IMG/VR virus record: IMGVR_UViG_3300028805_000045
Length of the DNA: 64,000 nucleotides
Strand: one strand, 5' to 3'
Source of the DNA: a virus
Lineage: Duplodnaviria > Heunggongvirae > Uroviricota > Caudoviricetes
Positions 31,585 through 40,841 of the stretch are shown here, piece by piece. A program made the translations under genes and the position numbers. Every line of letters begins with the position of its first letter. Position 1 is the first letter of the stretch. Under the pieces are notes generated by a model. The model worked only from the letters and a program-made list of their open reading frames with translations, was not told where the DNA came from and ran no database searches.

Positions 31585-31800
31585 TTAATCACTTTCTAGT
31601 TTCCACAAATAAAATTCTTTAATTGACTTTAAAATTTCATCGGGATATTGATCAAAATTATTTGGAGAAGCAATATATATAATATTATCTTTTTTAAAAC
31701 TAGTCATAAAATATGGTTCAGCATTAATAGCTATAATATCTCTAAAATTTTCATAAATTTGATCTAATGTACGCGAACTATTTGCACATTCCCAACTCAT
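31585..31800 (-). CDS. Hypothetical protein
   Basis: 71-aa ORF. Confidence 0.4.
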   Translation of the reverse strand: MSWECANSSRTLDQIYENFRDIIAINAEPYFMTSFKKDNIIYIASPNNFDQYPDEILKSIKEFYLWKLESD

Positions 31801-32375
31801 TTATTAGCCTCCCAAACTTGTTGAATATAACCTGATTTAATTAATTTTTCAGGAGAATTTAAAATTAAATCATTTTCTGCCGCGGCAAGGTCGTGTAAAA
31901 TAATATCTACCATTCGTTTATTAATGGGATTCATAGCTTTATTTCCTTTTTCTCTATCTTTTTCCCACCATTGTAATTCATTATAATAAGAGAAATTTTC
32001 TTCTGAATAGGCGTGAGCGGCCCCAAGAAAATCACATATTAATTCTACAAAATCATTTTTAGGCATAGGATAAATTACAGTTCCTTCGCTAAATTTATCA
32101 GACCAATATGCCCAATGATGACGATTTCGTCCTTTATGATGCAACCAAGCTTCAGAATATCCTTTATCTTGTTTTGCTGCATCAATTGGAGAACTTGTGC
32201 CAACATAGTAGCGAGCAGATTCAAAAAATTCAGTTGGACTATATTTTGATAAATCATGAGTAATTCCTCGCCATGGGATACCTGCAAGAAAGCAATAATG
32301 GCGAACCCATTTGCGGTGTAAACGAATTTTTTTCCAATGTTTTAAAATATTTTTAAAAGTTAATTTCTGGCTCAT
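31797..32375 (-). CDS. HD-domain phosphohydrolase
   Basis: 192 aa with ...HDLSKY... and a run of His residues HHKGRNRHH. Confidence 0.55.
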   Translation of the reverse strand: MSQKLTFKNILKHWKKIRLHRKWVRHYCFLAGIPWRGITHDLSKYSPTEFFESARYYVGTSSPIDAAKQDKGYSEAWLHHKGRNRHHWAYWSDKFSEGTVIYPMPKNDFVELICDFLGAAHAYSEENFSYYNELQWWEKDREKGNKAMNPINKRMVDIILHDLAAAENDLILNSPEKLIKSGYIQQVWEANK

Positions 32376-33246
32376 AGGCTCTCCTTAATCCATTTAAAAA
32401 AAAATAAACTTCAAAAATTTTATATTCAAAACGATTAATGTCATACTTTGCTACATATTCAACTTCTTTTTCTACTTCTGAAACTTTATATTCTTTACCA
32501 AAGTTATTCATATGTTGGCGAATAAATTCATATTGTTTACGACATTCTTCATTATTTGGATACTCGATTTTAGCCTTTCGAGCGATTTGTAAGTCATGTT
32601 CTCGCATATGAAGATATTCAGACACAGGAGCCTGTGGATCCAAATAGCGGTAAAGCATATGTTGTAACCGCAAAGCATGAGCATATTTTTTGCCTTCAGT
32701 CATATTACGTCCATGTAATTGATAAACTGTGCCAACAATAGCATCTACCATATTTTTATAATTAGCATGAGTTAGATAATAAAGCATTACATTATTATCA
32801 TATTCTTTAAAAACATTATAAAAATCTGGTTCATATACTTTATAGTCACTTAAAAAACATTCTACAATATTAGGAGAAGGTTTACGAAGAAGATTTAAAG
32901 CAAGTCGAATGTCCTTAATGTTTAAATGGCTTCCATCTTTCATTTCAACTGTGGTACTTACCATAGGAACACCGGAAATAAAGTCCATATAAGATGGAAG
33001 AACAAATGAATAAGTATCAACATCGCTAGAATCAGTTTCTAGACCATAATTTTGACTGCCTACTAAACATGTCATTAATACAAATTGATAATGATGTTTT
33101 TCTGCCATTAACTTAACTAATTCATGATTAGCTTGTACAGCTTTCATAGTTTCCATATTAGATTCCCTCTTTCTTTTCAAAACGCCACATAAATGTTCCG
33201 TAAGGAGTATTCTTTCTAATAGCGCGAGCAATATGACAGAAAACAT
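32353..33246 (-). CDS. Pol-beta superfamily nucleotidyltransferase (GS-x10-DVD motif)
   Basis: LVGSQNYGLETDSSDVDTY carries the canonical NTase GS...DxD signature. Lies immediately upstream of the HD protein. Confidence 0.55.
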   Translation of the reverse strand: MFSVILLALLERILLTEHLCGVLKRKRESNMETMKAVQANHELVKLMAEKHHYQFVLMTCLVGSQNYGLETDSSDVDTYSFVLPSYMDFISGVPMVSTTVEMKDGSHLNIKDIRLALNLLRKPSPNIVECFLSDYKVYEPDFYNVFKEYDNNVMLYYLTHANYKNMVDAIVGTVYQLHGRNMTEGKKYAHALRLQHMLYRYLDPQAPVSEYLHMREHDLQIARKAKIEYPNNEECRKQYEFIRQHMNNFGKEYKVSEVEKEVEYVAKYDINRFEYKIFEVYFFLNGLRRAYEPEINF

Positions 33247-33781
33247 CTTTTTTAAGAGGAGTTTTCCCGCCAGGTTTAATTGCTTTTAAAATATCTTGAT
33301 ATTCATTAACTAACGTGTCATTATAAAAAAGATTAATTTTATTTTCTGTAAATAATTTTAATAAAATACTTCCTGATTTATTAGGATCGCTGTTAAATTT
33401 TTCAATAAAATCTTCTGTTTGTTCGACACTTTCGATAGAATCTGTTTCTAAATCTGTTTGAGTATATTTGGCATAATCAGTATTTAATTGAACTTCAATC
33501 CAACGTAAATTTTTGATTGAATTATCACGTTTATTACTATTAATATGGTCGATATTATATTTTTCATTTCGTTTTCCGCCGAGCCAAGTATAAGCAACTA
33601 GTCGATGAACGAGCTGCGGGCCTTTATTAGTAAAAACTGTACAATAACCTTTTTTATCTATCCTAATATTTAGGAACTCTTTATTCTGAATAAGCCGTAC
33701 TCGTCCTTGTGTGCTAACCCAGACACCATATTCTTCGTTCTTACGCCAACGTTCGATAGAGAAATGAAAATTAGGAAACAT
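33158..33781 (-). CDS. HNH homing endonuclease
   Basis: HRLVAYTWLGG...IDHINSNKRDNSIKNLRW carries the HNH motif. Confidence 0.7.
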   Translation of the reverse strand: MFPNFHFSIERWRKNEEYGVWVSTQGRVRLIQNKEFLNIRIDKKGYCTVFTNKGPQLVHRLVAYTWLGGKRNEKYNIDHINSNKRDNSIKNLRWIEVQLNTDYAKYTQTDLETDSIESVEQTEDFIEKFNSDPNKSGSILLKLFTENKINLFYNDTLVNEYQDILKAIKPGGKTPLKKDVFCHIARAIRKNTPYGTFMWRFEKKEGI

Positions 33782-33799
33782 AATATCAATCCTTTCATT

Positions 33800-33843
33800 C
33801 TTTCTTACATATATATTATATCAAAAATTTTAAAAAAAATCAA
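33800..33843 (-). promoter_or_regulatory. Promoter cassette copy (-35 variant TTGATT) upstream of the HNH gene
   Basis: Motif match. Confidence 0.5.
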
Positions 33844-33851
33844 GGGTTAGA

Positions 33852-33876
33852 CTTTCATCTAACCCTATATTTTATA
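33852..33876 (-). terminator. Rho-independent terminator
   Basis: Minus-strand hairpin GGGTTAGATGAAAGTCTAACCC followed by a T-run. Confidence 0.5.
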
Positions 33877-33878
33877 AA

Positions 33879-35423
33879 TTATAGAACTGAGTGAATTTCT
33901 TTATATCGCTCACTTAGGAGTTTGTCCATCATGAGGTCAATAGAAGTCTTTCCGCTCATAATCATTTCAAAAGTTACAGGAGAGGCACCGGATACGTAAG
34001 TTACTCCTTGCTTGTCTTGCATAGGCATATTACCATTGGTAACAGTAGCATTGACATTCCAGTAAACTAGCTTAGGCATTTTATAGCCGTAGCTGTTCCA
34101 CTTACGTTCAATGTTTTCCATTAGAGAGCCACTGCCGTTACGGGCATAATAACCACGGCCAACATCAAACTGCATATCACTGATTACGATGATATTTTTA
34201 GGTAAATCTTCTTGACGTAGGTGATTCTTTACCGCAGTATTTAGAATTAAGTCAAAGGTTGCTTCAATGTTAGTATTCTCGCAAAGATTTTGACGATAAA
34301 TACGACTCACCTTATCGCAGAAGTCTACACCAACGGTTTCAATTAGCTGAGGACGAGAACTAAAAGAAATAAAGTGGTTCTTGAAAGGCCCGTTCGCACG
34401 TTCAGCACAGTATAGACCAAGAGAAATAGCAATATCCATAGGACACACGCCACTATTCATCACTGGGGTTGTCATACTGCCACTCGTGTCGATTACGGCA
34501 AGAGCATTAAGAGTAGCTTTATGGAAATAATCAGTTAGATTATCCCAATACTTATTGACGGCTAGACGATTTACATCATTGACTCCGACTTTAAGATCAT
34601 AGTTATTATATCCCCACCAGCCATTGCAGCCATTATGTCCCCATAGTTTGGTTACTTCATGTACTACATCATAAGGATATAGAGTTCCTGCATTAACCTT
34701 AGTGGTTTCATCCTTCATGAATTTCTCATAACGAGCCTTAGTTACGTCATGGCGTGCAAAGGCATTCTTATAAATTAGACCAGCGCGAGAAGGTAGTTTA
34801 TCGAACTCAATTTCATCCCAACGATTTTGAGACATTAGAGTTTCAACAATATTGATACGGGCGCGAAGAGCAGAAAGCATCTTACGATATTCGCGAGGAG
34901 ATAGCCCAAAAGCTTCACGAGTTTTAGTTGCAAGGTCGCGGCTTTCTTGAGAAGAAGTATTCTCACTCTTTAGCCACTTGGCGAGTAGAGAAGGAGTTTT
35001 ACAAGATACGTCAAGCACAGCCTGATTATACATAAACTTAAACATATCCTTTTCTACGCTGGTTCCTACTAGAGAATATAGATCATCCCAACGACCAAAT
35101 TCAGGAATCTGCTTGATTAGGTTCTGCATTTCACGAGGATAATGCTTACCTAGCCAATTAATACAAGCACGGAAGAAATGACGTTCGCCTTGGCCTCCGC
35201 GCACGTCACGAAGATAAAATACGCATTTCAAAGCAAGAGACTTATCTTCTTCATAAGCATTTTTAAATAGTAAGATACAATCTTCTTCAGAAGCATTGCG
35301 CATTGCAGCGCCAGTAGCAAATAGGTCATAGACCTTATTCATGGTGGATTTATAAGTAGTAGCTCCATTGGCGGTAGTAGTAACGTTAGAAACAGTTTTT
35401 AGACCCTTTAGTAATTCATTCAT
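33879..35423 (-). CDS. vWA-domain protein with an N-terminal TROVE-like region (Ro60/Rsr-like)
   Basis: 514 aa. MIDAS motif VIDTSGSM. Size and domain order match Ro60 orthologues. The N-terminal region is unverified. Confidence 0.5.
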   Translation of the reverse strand: MNELLKGLKTVSNVTTTANGATTYKSTMNKVYDLFATGAAMRNASEEDCILLFKNAYEEDKSLALKCVFYLRDVRGGQGERHFFRACINWLGKHYPREMQNLIKQIPEFGRWDDLYSLVGTSVEKDMFKFMYNQAVLDVSCKTPSLLAKWLKSENTSSQESRDLATKTREAFGLSPREYRKMLSALRARINIVETLMSQNRWDEIEFDKLPSRAGLIYKNAFARHDVTKARYEKFMKDETTKVNAGTLYPYDVVHEVTKLWGHNGCNGWWGYNNYDLKVGVNDVNRLAVNKYWDNLTDYFHKATLNALAVIDTSGSMTTPVMNSGVCPMDIAISLGLYCAERANGPFKNHFISFSSRPQLIETVGVDFCDKVSRIYRQNLCENTNIEATFDLILNTAVKNHLRQEDLPKNIIVISDMQFDVGRGYYARNGSGSLMENIERKWNSYGYKMPKLVYWNVNATVTNGNMPMQDKQGVTYVSGASPVTFEMIMSGKTSIDLMMDKLLSERYKEIHSVL

Positions 35424-35489
35424 ATCCTTTTATCTCCTTTTCATCTTAGTCGTTGTCACGACCGTAGGTTTTCTTCTTTATATATTTAT

Positions 35490-35537
35490 TATGCTATTTT
35501 ATATATTTATTATACTATAATTTTTATCTAAAGTCAA
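35490..35537 (-). promoter_or_regulatory. Promoter cassette copy (-10 region partly duplicated) upstream of the vWA gene
   Basis: Motif match. Confidence 0.5.
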
Positions 35538-35839
35538 ATATTATTTTCTACGGGTTCTGGATCTGGAATATCAGCAATTGCTCCGATAGATCTATACTCT
35601 AACGTTAATCCATCTGAGCGTAAAAGTATTACTGTCTGTAACTGTCTATCTTCGCGCTTATATAATGTTCCTAATGTAGTATAATATTCTCCATATGCGC
35701 GAGATAATGCGGTTGAAATGTTATTATTAAATAACTTACTATCAAATACTTTAGGATAACCGGATAAAGTACTATAATTTCCATTAGCATCTACAATTTT
35801 AGCTGATACTTCAAAAATTTCTCGTTTCATAATAAACAC
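35534..35839 (-). CDS. Hypothetical protein
   Basis: 101-aa ORF. Confidence 0.4.
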   Translation of the reverse strand: MFIMKREIFEVSAKIVDANGNYSTLSGYPKVFDSKLFNNNISTALSRAYGEYYTTLGTLYKREDRQLQTVILLRSDGLTLEYRSIGAIADIPDPEPVENNI

Positions 35840-35842
35840 CTC

Positions 35843-36049
35843 TTATATAGTTTTAAAACATAAACATTCAGTTTTTTCAATGTTTGTTTTACAAGTTTTA
35901 TCTTTTAATTTACATTTATAATATCCAGGTTCTTCAATAAATGGAGGATTGGGAATCCATTTACTATACGGACATTCGCTAGGTTTAATTACGTCAACAT
36001 ATTCTTTCATATTAATCTCCTTCAAATGCTGCGGCAAGGCGACCGCCAA
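35843..36049 (-). CDS. Hypothetical protein
   Basis: 68-aa ORF. Confidence 0.35.
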   Translation of the reverse strand: MAVALPQHLKEINMKEYVDVIKPSECPYSKWIPNPPFIEEPGYYKCKLKDKTCKTNIEKTECLCFKTI

Positions 36050-36578
36050 TTAAGTTTCCTGCGGCTATAATTAAAATTTTTAAAAGTGATATGGGGCCAT
36101 GACCGAGAGCCACAAAATAGAAGTAGTCAGCAATAGAGTGATTAAATCCTGCTAGAATAAATGCGGCTACGGCTAATGTGCTAATCCATAATGGAGTTAA
36201 CCTATATGTAGCGATTGTCATTAAAGCTCCACACATAATGCTATTAAATATTAAAGTATCAATTGGAATAGCATCTTTTATCATACCAATCTTTTGTGCG
36301 CCAACAAGTATATTTGGAGAAAAAAACATAACTAAGAGAAAAATAAAATTTACTCCAAGACAGTTATCAATAAAAATCCAAAAGATTTTCATTGGTTTAT
36401 ATGGTGAATTCTTTTTTAAAAAGAATTGAGTTTTTCCTGTATATAAGTCTAGTTGGAATAATCGTATAGCAAGCAAGCCTAATGAAAAACAAATGGCTCC
36501 AATTGTTTTATCTGGAATAGCAACATACATACAGCACCCGAGTCCAATTAGCATTCCAGCAAGGAATGGATTTTTCAT
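36012..36578 (-). CDS. Polytopic membrane protein (FNT-transporter-like segment)
   Basis: 188 aa with 5-6 TM segments and an NHSIADYFYF motif. Confidence 0.45.
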   Translation of the reverse strand: MKNPFLAGMLIGLGCCMYVAIPDKTIGAICFSLGLLAIRLFQLDLYTGKTQFFLKKNSPYKPMKIFWIFIDNCLGVNFIFLLVMFFSPNILVGAQKIGMIKDAIPIDTLIFNSIMCGALMTIATYRLTPLWISTLAVAAFILAGFNHSIADYFYFVALGHGPISLLKILIIAAGNLIGGRLAAAFEGD

Positions 36579-36961
36579 TCAGTTTCAAGCTCCTTTAAGG
36601 CGTTTAAATCATGCTGAAGATTTTGAATATAATGCTTTACTGAGAATACATTATAATCATCCTCATAATCACCGCCATCATGCCGAATAGCAATATACCA
36701 TCCAGGACCATCATAATGATAATAAGCATTTCGAAGCCATGTCTTTTGTTGAAGATATTTTAAATCATCCTCAGATTCTATTTTATAACAATATTCGTAA
36801 TCTTCTGTTGTTAGTAATTCAATATAACACTTTGGAATTTGTTTTTCTGGCATAAGTTCTACTTCATGCTTTTCTGCATCTCGTTTACTTGTAAATGTTT
36901 TTCCATCACTAGTAATATAAACTTTGTATTCTTGTGAACGAACTCGAATTTCCTCTTTCAT
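36575..36961 (-). CDS. Hypothetical protein
   Basis: 128-aa ORF. Confidence 0.45.
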   Translation of the reverse strand: MKEEIRVRSQEYKVYITSDGKTFTSKRDAEKHEVELMPEKQIPKCYIELLTTEDYEYCYKIESEDDLKYLQQKTWLRNAYYHYDGPGWYIAIRHDGGDYEDDYNVFSVKHYIQNLQHDLNALKELETE

Positions 36962-36962
36962 A

Positions 36963-37589
36963 TTATTCTCCTTTCATTGGATAGGTGTATAAATCTTCAA
37001 TTGGAATTTTTAACGATTGTAAATCAAACCAACGTTGACGTATTTCTCCAATAATTTCTTCAATGTTTACTGGTTTACAATCATGACTATCCATTCCTAC
37101 ATGATAACAGAATGGATTGTTAGGATATAAAAAGTTAGCTTGTTGATGAGTATGCCCATGTAAAGCGATTACATGTTGATTAAAATGCTTTTCATCATAA
37201 TTAGCTGTCAATGTTGGATAGTGAGAAAGATAACATGTAATTTTATTGTTATATTTAAACATAGTTGCCCAAGAAGCTTCTGGATTACTAATTAATGAAA
37301 CATTTTTACATTCTTTAGTAATTTCTTCTACTTTCGACCTTGAATCGTGGTTTCCTCGAATCCACCAAATAAAACCATTTAATTTTTTAATATATGCAAT
37401 TGCATCCGCAGTATCTGTCAAAGCCATATCACCAAGATGATAAACAATATCATCTGATTTTACTATACTATTCCATTTTTCTACAATTATTTCATTCATT
37501 TCTCTTACAGAAGAAAATCCGCGGGGACTCCACAAAAATTCTGGCTTATGAGAAAAATGTGTATCACTCGTTAGATAGATTTCACTCAT
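36963..37589 (-). CDS. Calcineurin-like metallophosphoesterase
   Basis: Carries DTHFSH...GDMALTD...GNHD...HGHTHQ motifs. Confidence 0.7.
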   Translation of the reverse strand: MSEIYLTSDTHFSHKPEFLWSPRGFSSVREMNEIIVEKWNSIVKSDDIVYHLGDMALTDTADAIAYIKKLNGFIWWIRGNHDSRSKVEEITKECKNVSLISNPEASWATMFKYNNKITCYLSHYPTLTANYDEKHFNQHVIALHGHTHQQANFLYPNNPFCYHVGMDSHDCKPVNIEEIIGEIRQRWFDLQSLKIPIEDLYTYPMKGE

Positions 37590-38065
37590 ATTTCCAATTC
37601 TCCATCAATAGTAACCATTCCAATTTCACGTTTGTCTTCGTGATTAGGAATAGTAAGCGAAGCGCGCATACGATGAATAACGTTTTCTGGAACTAACGCG
37701 CGGCCTTCACGATTTTTATTATGTTCAATGCAAGTCTCAGCAGAAGCCGTAAAAATTACATAAACAATATTATATTCAGTAAAATCAAGATCAATCGCTG
37801 CGGTTAGCTTTTTACGCGAAGCTGCATTAAGTTGGGTTGCATCAGCAAGTACGTGCTTACCTTCGCTAAGAGCCTGTGCAATTAATTTAGAATAGTGCCG
37901 AAATACTTCTTTTTCGTGAGAAAAATAATCTTCATCTGATTTAATAAACCGAAAACGAATTTCGTCACGAGAAATCCATTTTACAGAATCAGAAGTAAAT
38001 TGCTTCGCAAAGGTAGATTTGCCGCACCCAGGAGCACCGCAAAGAATATATAAAGTAGGCTTCAT
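37586..38065 (-). CDS. P-loop kinase (polynucleotide kinase-like)
   Basis: LYILCGAPGCGKSTFAKQF forms a Walker A. Overlaps the phosphoesterase gene by 4 nt. Confidence 0.6.
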   Translation of the reverse strand: MKPTLYILCGAPGCGKSTFAKQFTSDSVKWISRDEIRFRFIKSDEDYFSHEKEVFRHYSKLIAQALSEGKHVLADATQLNAASRKKLTAAIDLDFTEYNIVYVIFTASAETCIEHNKNREGRALVPENVIHRMRASLTIPNHEDKREIGMVTIDGELEI

Positions 38066-38075
38066 ACTTAATCTC

Positions 38076-38122
38076 CTTTTCTTTTATATAAATATTATAT
38101 AATAATTTATATAATAAGTCAA
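38076..38122 (-). promoter_or_regulatory. Promoter cassette copy upstream of the kinase gene
   Basis: Motif match. Confidence 0.5.
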
Positions 38123-38140
38123 ATAAAAAAGAAGAGGAAA

Positions 38141-38410
38141 TTATTCAATTTCCTCTTCTTCATCGTAATTCATTTCGTCTAATTGACGGCGATCTCGCGG
38201 ACTCCAATTCATTCTTGGCCCATAATGTCCACGATTATTAGTTTTAGTCGCGCATAAATGGCAGGAACAATGAATCTTATTTTTACTGTATTGATGAAGG
38301 TTATCATACCAATCATGTTCCCAACCTTGTGGGGCAGTTTCACGATCAATTCTACGTTTACGAATTGCTTTTTTAAAATCATTATGACGTTTTTCGGCAG
38401 TTGGACGCAT
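38141..38410 (-). CDS. Hypothetical basic protein (start reassigned to MRPTAEKRH so that it does not overlap the tRNA-Ser)
   Basis: The N-terminal 40 aa of ORF-track entry 38141..38533 is a translated tRNA gene. Confidence 0.4.
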   Translation of the reverse strand: MRPTAEKRHNDFKKAIRKRRIDRETAPQGWEHDWYDNLHQYSKNKIHCSCHLCATKTNNRGHYGPRMNWSPRDRRQLDEMNYDEEEEIE

Positions 38411-38435
38411 AGATAACACTTCCTTTATATACAAT

Positions 38436-38524
38436 TGGCGGGCAGAGTAGGATTTGAACCCACGGACGCTCGTCACGCCAACGGTTTTCAAGACCGCCGC
38501 CTTAAGCCACTCGGCCATCTGCCC
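38436..38524 (-). tRNA. tRNA-Ser (anticodon TGA), type II
   Basis: Hand-folded cloverleaf: acceptor GGGCAGA/TCTGCCC, anticodon loop CTTGAAA, long variable arm, T-loop TTCAAAT, G73, CCA encoded. Confidence 0.8.
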
Positions 38525-38533
38525 ATAAAACAA

Positions 38534-38638
38534 GATAGTTATGGAAGGGATTCGAACCCTTGTCTCTTACTTTTTACGGTAAGTGTCTTAGTCCCCTAGA
38601 CAACCTCGGCTAGTATTTGCTGTAAGAGCCGAATAACT
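38534..38638 (-). tRNA. Atypical tRNA-like element
   Basis: D, anticodon (loop CGTAAAA) and T arms are recognisable. It is flanked by the 9-bp inverted repeat GATAGTTAT/ATAACTATC and carries an extra 5' hairpin containing CTCTTACAGCAAA. There is no canonical acceptor stem. Confidence 0.25.
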
Positions 38639-38646
38639 ATCTTAAT

Positions 38647-38721
38647 TGGAGCCGCCGATAGGATTTGAACCTACAACATCTCGCTTACAAGGCGAGCCCA
38701 CTACCATTGTGATACGACGGC
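38647..38721 (-). tRNA. tRNA-Thr (TGT)
   Basis: Acceptor GCCGTCG/CGGCGGC, loop CTTGTAA, CCA encoded. Confidence 0.8.
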
Positions 38722-38797
38722 ATATTTCTAGACTCTTCCATATTAACCATATATGTAATAAAATGTCGGTAAGTATATTGCTGTAAGAGTCATAATT

Positions 38798-39235
38798 TTA
38801 TTTATAAAGTTGAAATTTTTTTGAAATTTTCCAAGCAACTTCATCTGGAAGCGGCTTAAATCCAATACATGTCAATGTTCTTCCAATTCCATTTTCATCA
38901 ATTTTTTCAGGAGTAAGCTCAGTTAAACAAGCATCCCAAATTAAAAAATAATCTTTATTTTCTTTTAATCCAAGTTCTTTTGCTATATTTGTAGCTTTCA
39001 TTAGTTGATTATAATTTTTAGCTTCACATACTGTTTTTGTAAAAACTCCTTTAAACCATTGATCCATTACTTCTTTATCTAATAAAACTGAAACATTATA
39101 TCCAGTTTCATTTTCAATTGCGGGAGTATTACGAATTTGATTTGATATAAAAGCAAAAGAAGCATGTGCTACTTGCGCGGCTAATTTTCCTGCACTCATA
39201 TTTAAATCTTTACGCGCAATAATTATTTGTCTCAT
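38798..39235 (-). CDS. Peptidyl-tRNA hydrolase, PTH2 family
   Basis: IIARKDLNMSAGKLAAQVAHAS matches the PTH2 consensus (VRTDLGMGKGKIAAQCSHAA). Confidence 0.65.
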   Translation of the reverse strand: MRQIIIARKDLNMSAGKLAAQVAHASFAFISNQIRNTPAIENETGYNVSVLLDKEVMDQWFKGVFTKTVCEAKNYNQLMKATNIAKELGLKENKDYFLIWDACLTELTPEKIDENGIGRTLTCIGFKPLPDEVAWKISKKFQLYK

Positions 39236-39424
39236 AAAATCACCATAAGTTCTAGGCTCGTAATTAATTATTAATTTAAAACGCTATCTCTAAGTATTTC
39301 ATAAAATAATTTTTATTACATTTGCTGTAATGAGCCTATGTTTATTTATAAGCAAGATCGTTATATATAATTTATTATCGCCCATCAAATTATCTCCAAT
39401 ATTAATTGCTGTAACGATCTTGAA

Positions 39425-39499
39425 TGGCAGGCGAGGTAGGAATCGAACCTACGTTAGCGGAGTCAAAGTCCGTTGCCTTAGCCGCTTGGCTACTCGCCT
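39425..39499 (-). tRNA. tRNA-Gln (TTG)
   Basis: Acceptor AGGCGAG/CTCGCCT, loop CTTTGAC, T-loop TTCGATT, CCA encoded. Confidence 0.75.
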
Positions 39500-39507
39500 A
39501 TAAGTAA

Positions 39508-39581
39508 TGGGCAAGAAGGGAGTTGAACCCTCAAAACCCAGATTCTTAGTCTGGTACCTATGCCAATTCGGTTACTCGCCC
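39508..39581 (-). tRNA. tRNA with anticodon loop CTAAGAA (anticodon AAG, a Leu codon family; short variable arm, A73)
   Basis: Acceptor GGGCGAG/CTTGCCC and a perfect anticodon stem CCAGA/TCTGG. Position 34 is an unusual A. Confidence 0.55.
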
Positions 39582-39788
39582 TCACTCTCGAACATATCAA
39601 GTAGTTCTTCTTCAGAAAGAACTTGTTCAAGCTCAGAAAGCTGAATATCTACTACGTTTTTAGTCCCATAATATTCAGTAGCTCGCTGAGCGGCTTCTCC
39701 ATAAGAAGTTGCGGCGACAATGCCAGAATCAGTACGAGGTTCATTGTCAATTTCATCCCAGTAATTAATAACGTAGTAATACATTTTC
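39572..39788 (-). CDS. Small acidic hypothetical protein (start reassigned to MKMYYYV so that it does not overlap a tRNA)
   Basis: The N-terminus of ORF-track entry 39572..39931 is a translated tRNA. Confidence 0.4.
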
Positions 39789-39868
39789 ATTCTCCTTTCA
39801 ATACAAGTCACATTTAAAATAGCTGCATTTTTTAGTGCGGTTTTTGTTAAGATTGCTGTTAATGACTT

Positions 39869-39959
39869 TGGCGGGGAGGGTGGGATTCGAACCCACGCAC
39901 CAGTTACCTGGCCTAATTGCTTAGTAGGCAACCCCCTTCAACCACTTGGGTACCTCCCC
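39869..39959 (-). tRNA. Type II (Ser-like, G73) tRNA with anticodon loop CTACTAA (formal anticodon ACT; the loop contains CTA)
   Basis: Acceptor GGGGAGG/CCTCCCC is a perfect stem. Long variable arm. CCA encoded. The acceptor closely resembles that of the CTA tRNA at 43958. Confidence 0.55.
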
Positions 39960-40471
39960 ATATAAGCCGATGTATTAATATTGCGGCAACATTAATACTT
40001 TCTGTATATGCTATATAAAGCCGCGCAATGTATAGGCTATCGGCTTAGCCCATTATAATACGGTTTCGAGGTCGTACACCGAAAACCCCAACATGTTGTT
40101 AGCGTTTTTTATTTTACTCTCACGCTGTTGCGATCGCTATATACCGCACTACGTCTTAGAGGACTTTATTTTGCCGCATTCGGGGCATGAAGTGTTCCGT
40201 TCTAAGAATCTTCTCTCCGCGAATTATGTTCTTTTTATATACCGCAGGAACATAGCTAATTAGCGGTTTCTCCCCTATCTTTCAGCGGCCGACCTACTCA
40301 ATAGGCAAGAAATATATATAAGAAGCGGTGACGTATACTTTGGCCGCAATTTGTTTCTAACAAGAGATTACGTCTCACACTGCCAGTCATCAAGTTCTTT
40401 AGCTTGCTTGACACGGCTCCAAGAGGAAGAAAACACAGTACGACTCATTTTACGCATAATCATCACTTTCC

Positions 40472-40522
40472 TTTCTCTCTTTCTTACATATATATTATAC
40501 TATAAATTTTATTTATAGTCAA
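40472..40522 (-). promoter_or_regulatory. Promoter cassette copy driving an ORF-poor segment and the downstream tRNAs
   Basis: Full cassette including the CTTTCTTACATATATATTATAC leader. Confidence 0.5.
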
Positions 40523-40839
40523 ATATTAATTCCATGAGATTTCATTGCGGATTTTAAAGAATTATTTGTAAGAGTTGTATTAACACTACTACAAGTGGTA
40601 GTAGCTGTATCTCCAGATTTGCATGTTACTTGATTCCACCAAGGATTAGGATCTCCAGTAGATTGCCATGTAATACTAGGAGTAGCAGTAATTTGTGTGC
40701 CGATGCAGTTAATACAAGAGTTCTGCCAAGGAGCCATAATTGCTCCACAAGAAGGGCATTTCCAGCCATATTGAATCGGTAATGAAACTGGTTTATCAGA
40801 ATTAGATTTAACAGTATATGTTGTTGAAGTACTATCCAT
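40519..40839 (-). CDS. Cys-rich small protein
   Basis: 106-aa ORF. Confidence 0.4.
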   Translation of the reverse strand: MDSTSTTYTVKSNSDKPVSLPIQYGWKCPSCGAIMAPWQNSCINCIGTQITATPSITWQSTGDPNPWWNQVTCKSGDTATTTCSSVNTTLTNNSLKSAMKSHGINI

Positions 40840-40841
40840 TT

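Noticed and set aside
38411-38533. N-terminal extensions of ORFs 38141..38533 and 39572..39931, and the ORFs 42284..42598, 42818..43018, 43845..44108, 44108..44332, 49637..49834, 50963..51148, 51090..51317 and 52250..52591
   Set aside because: They are translations of tRNA genes or of GC-rich non-coding islands. Starts were moved to the first SD-preceded ATG after the tRNA, or the ORF was dropped.
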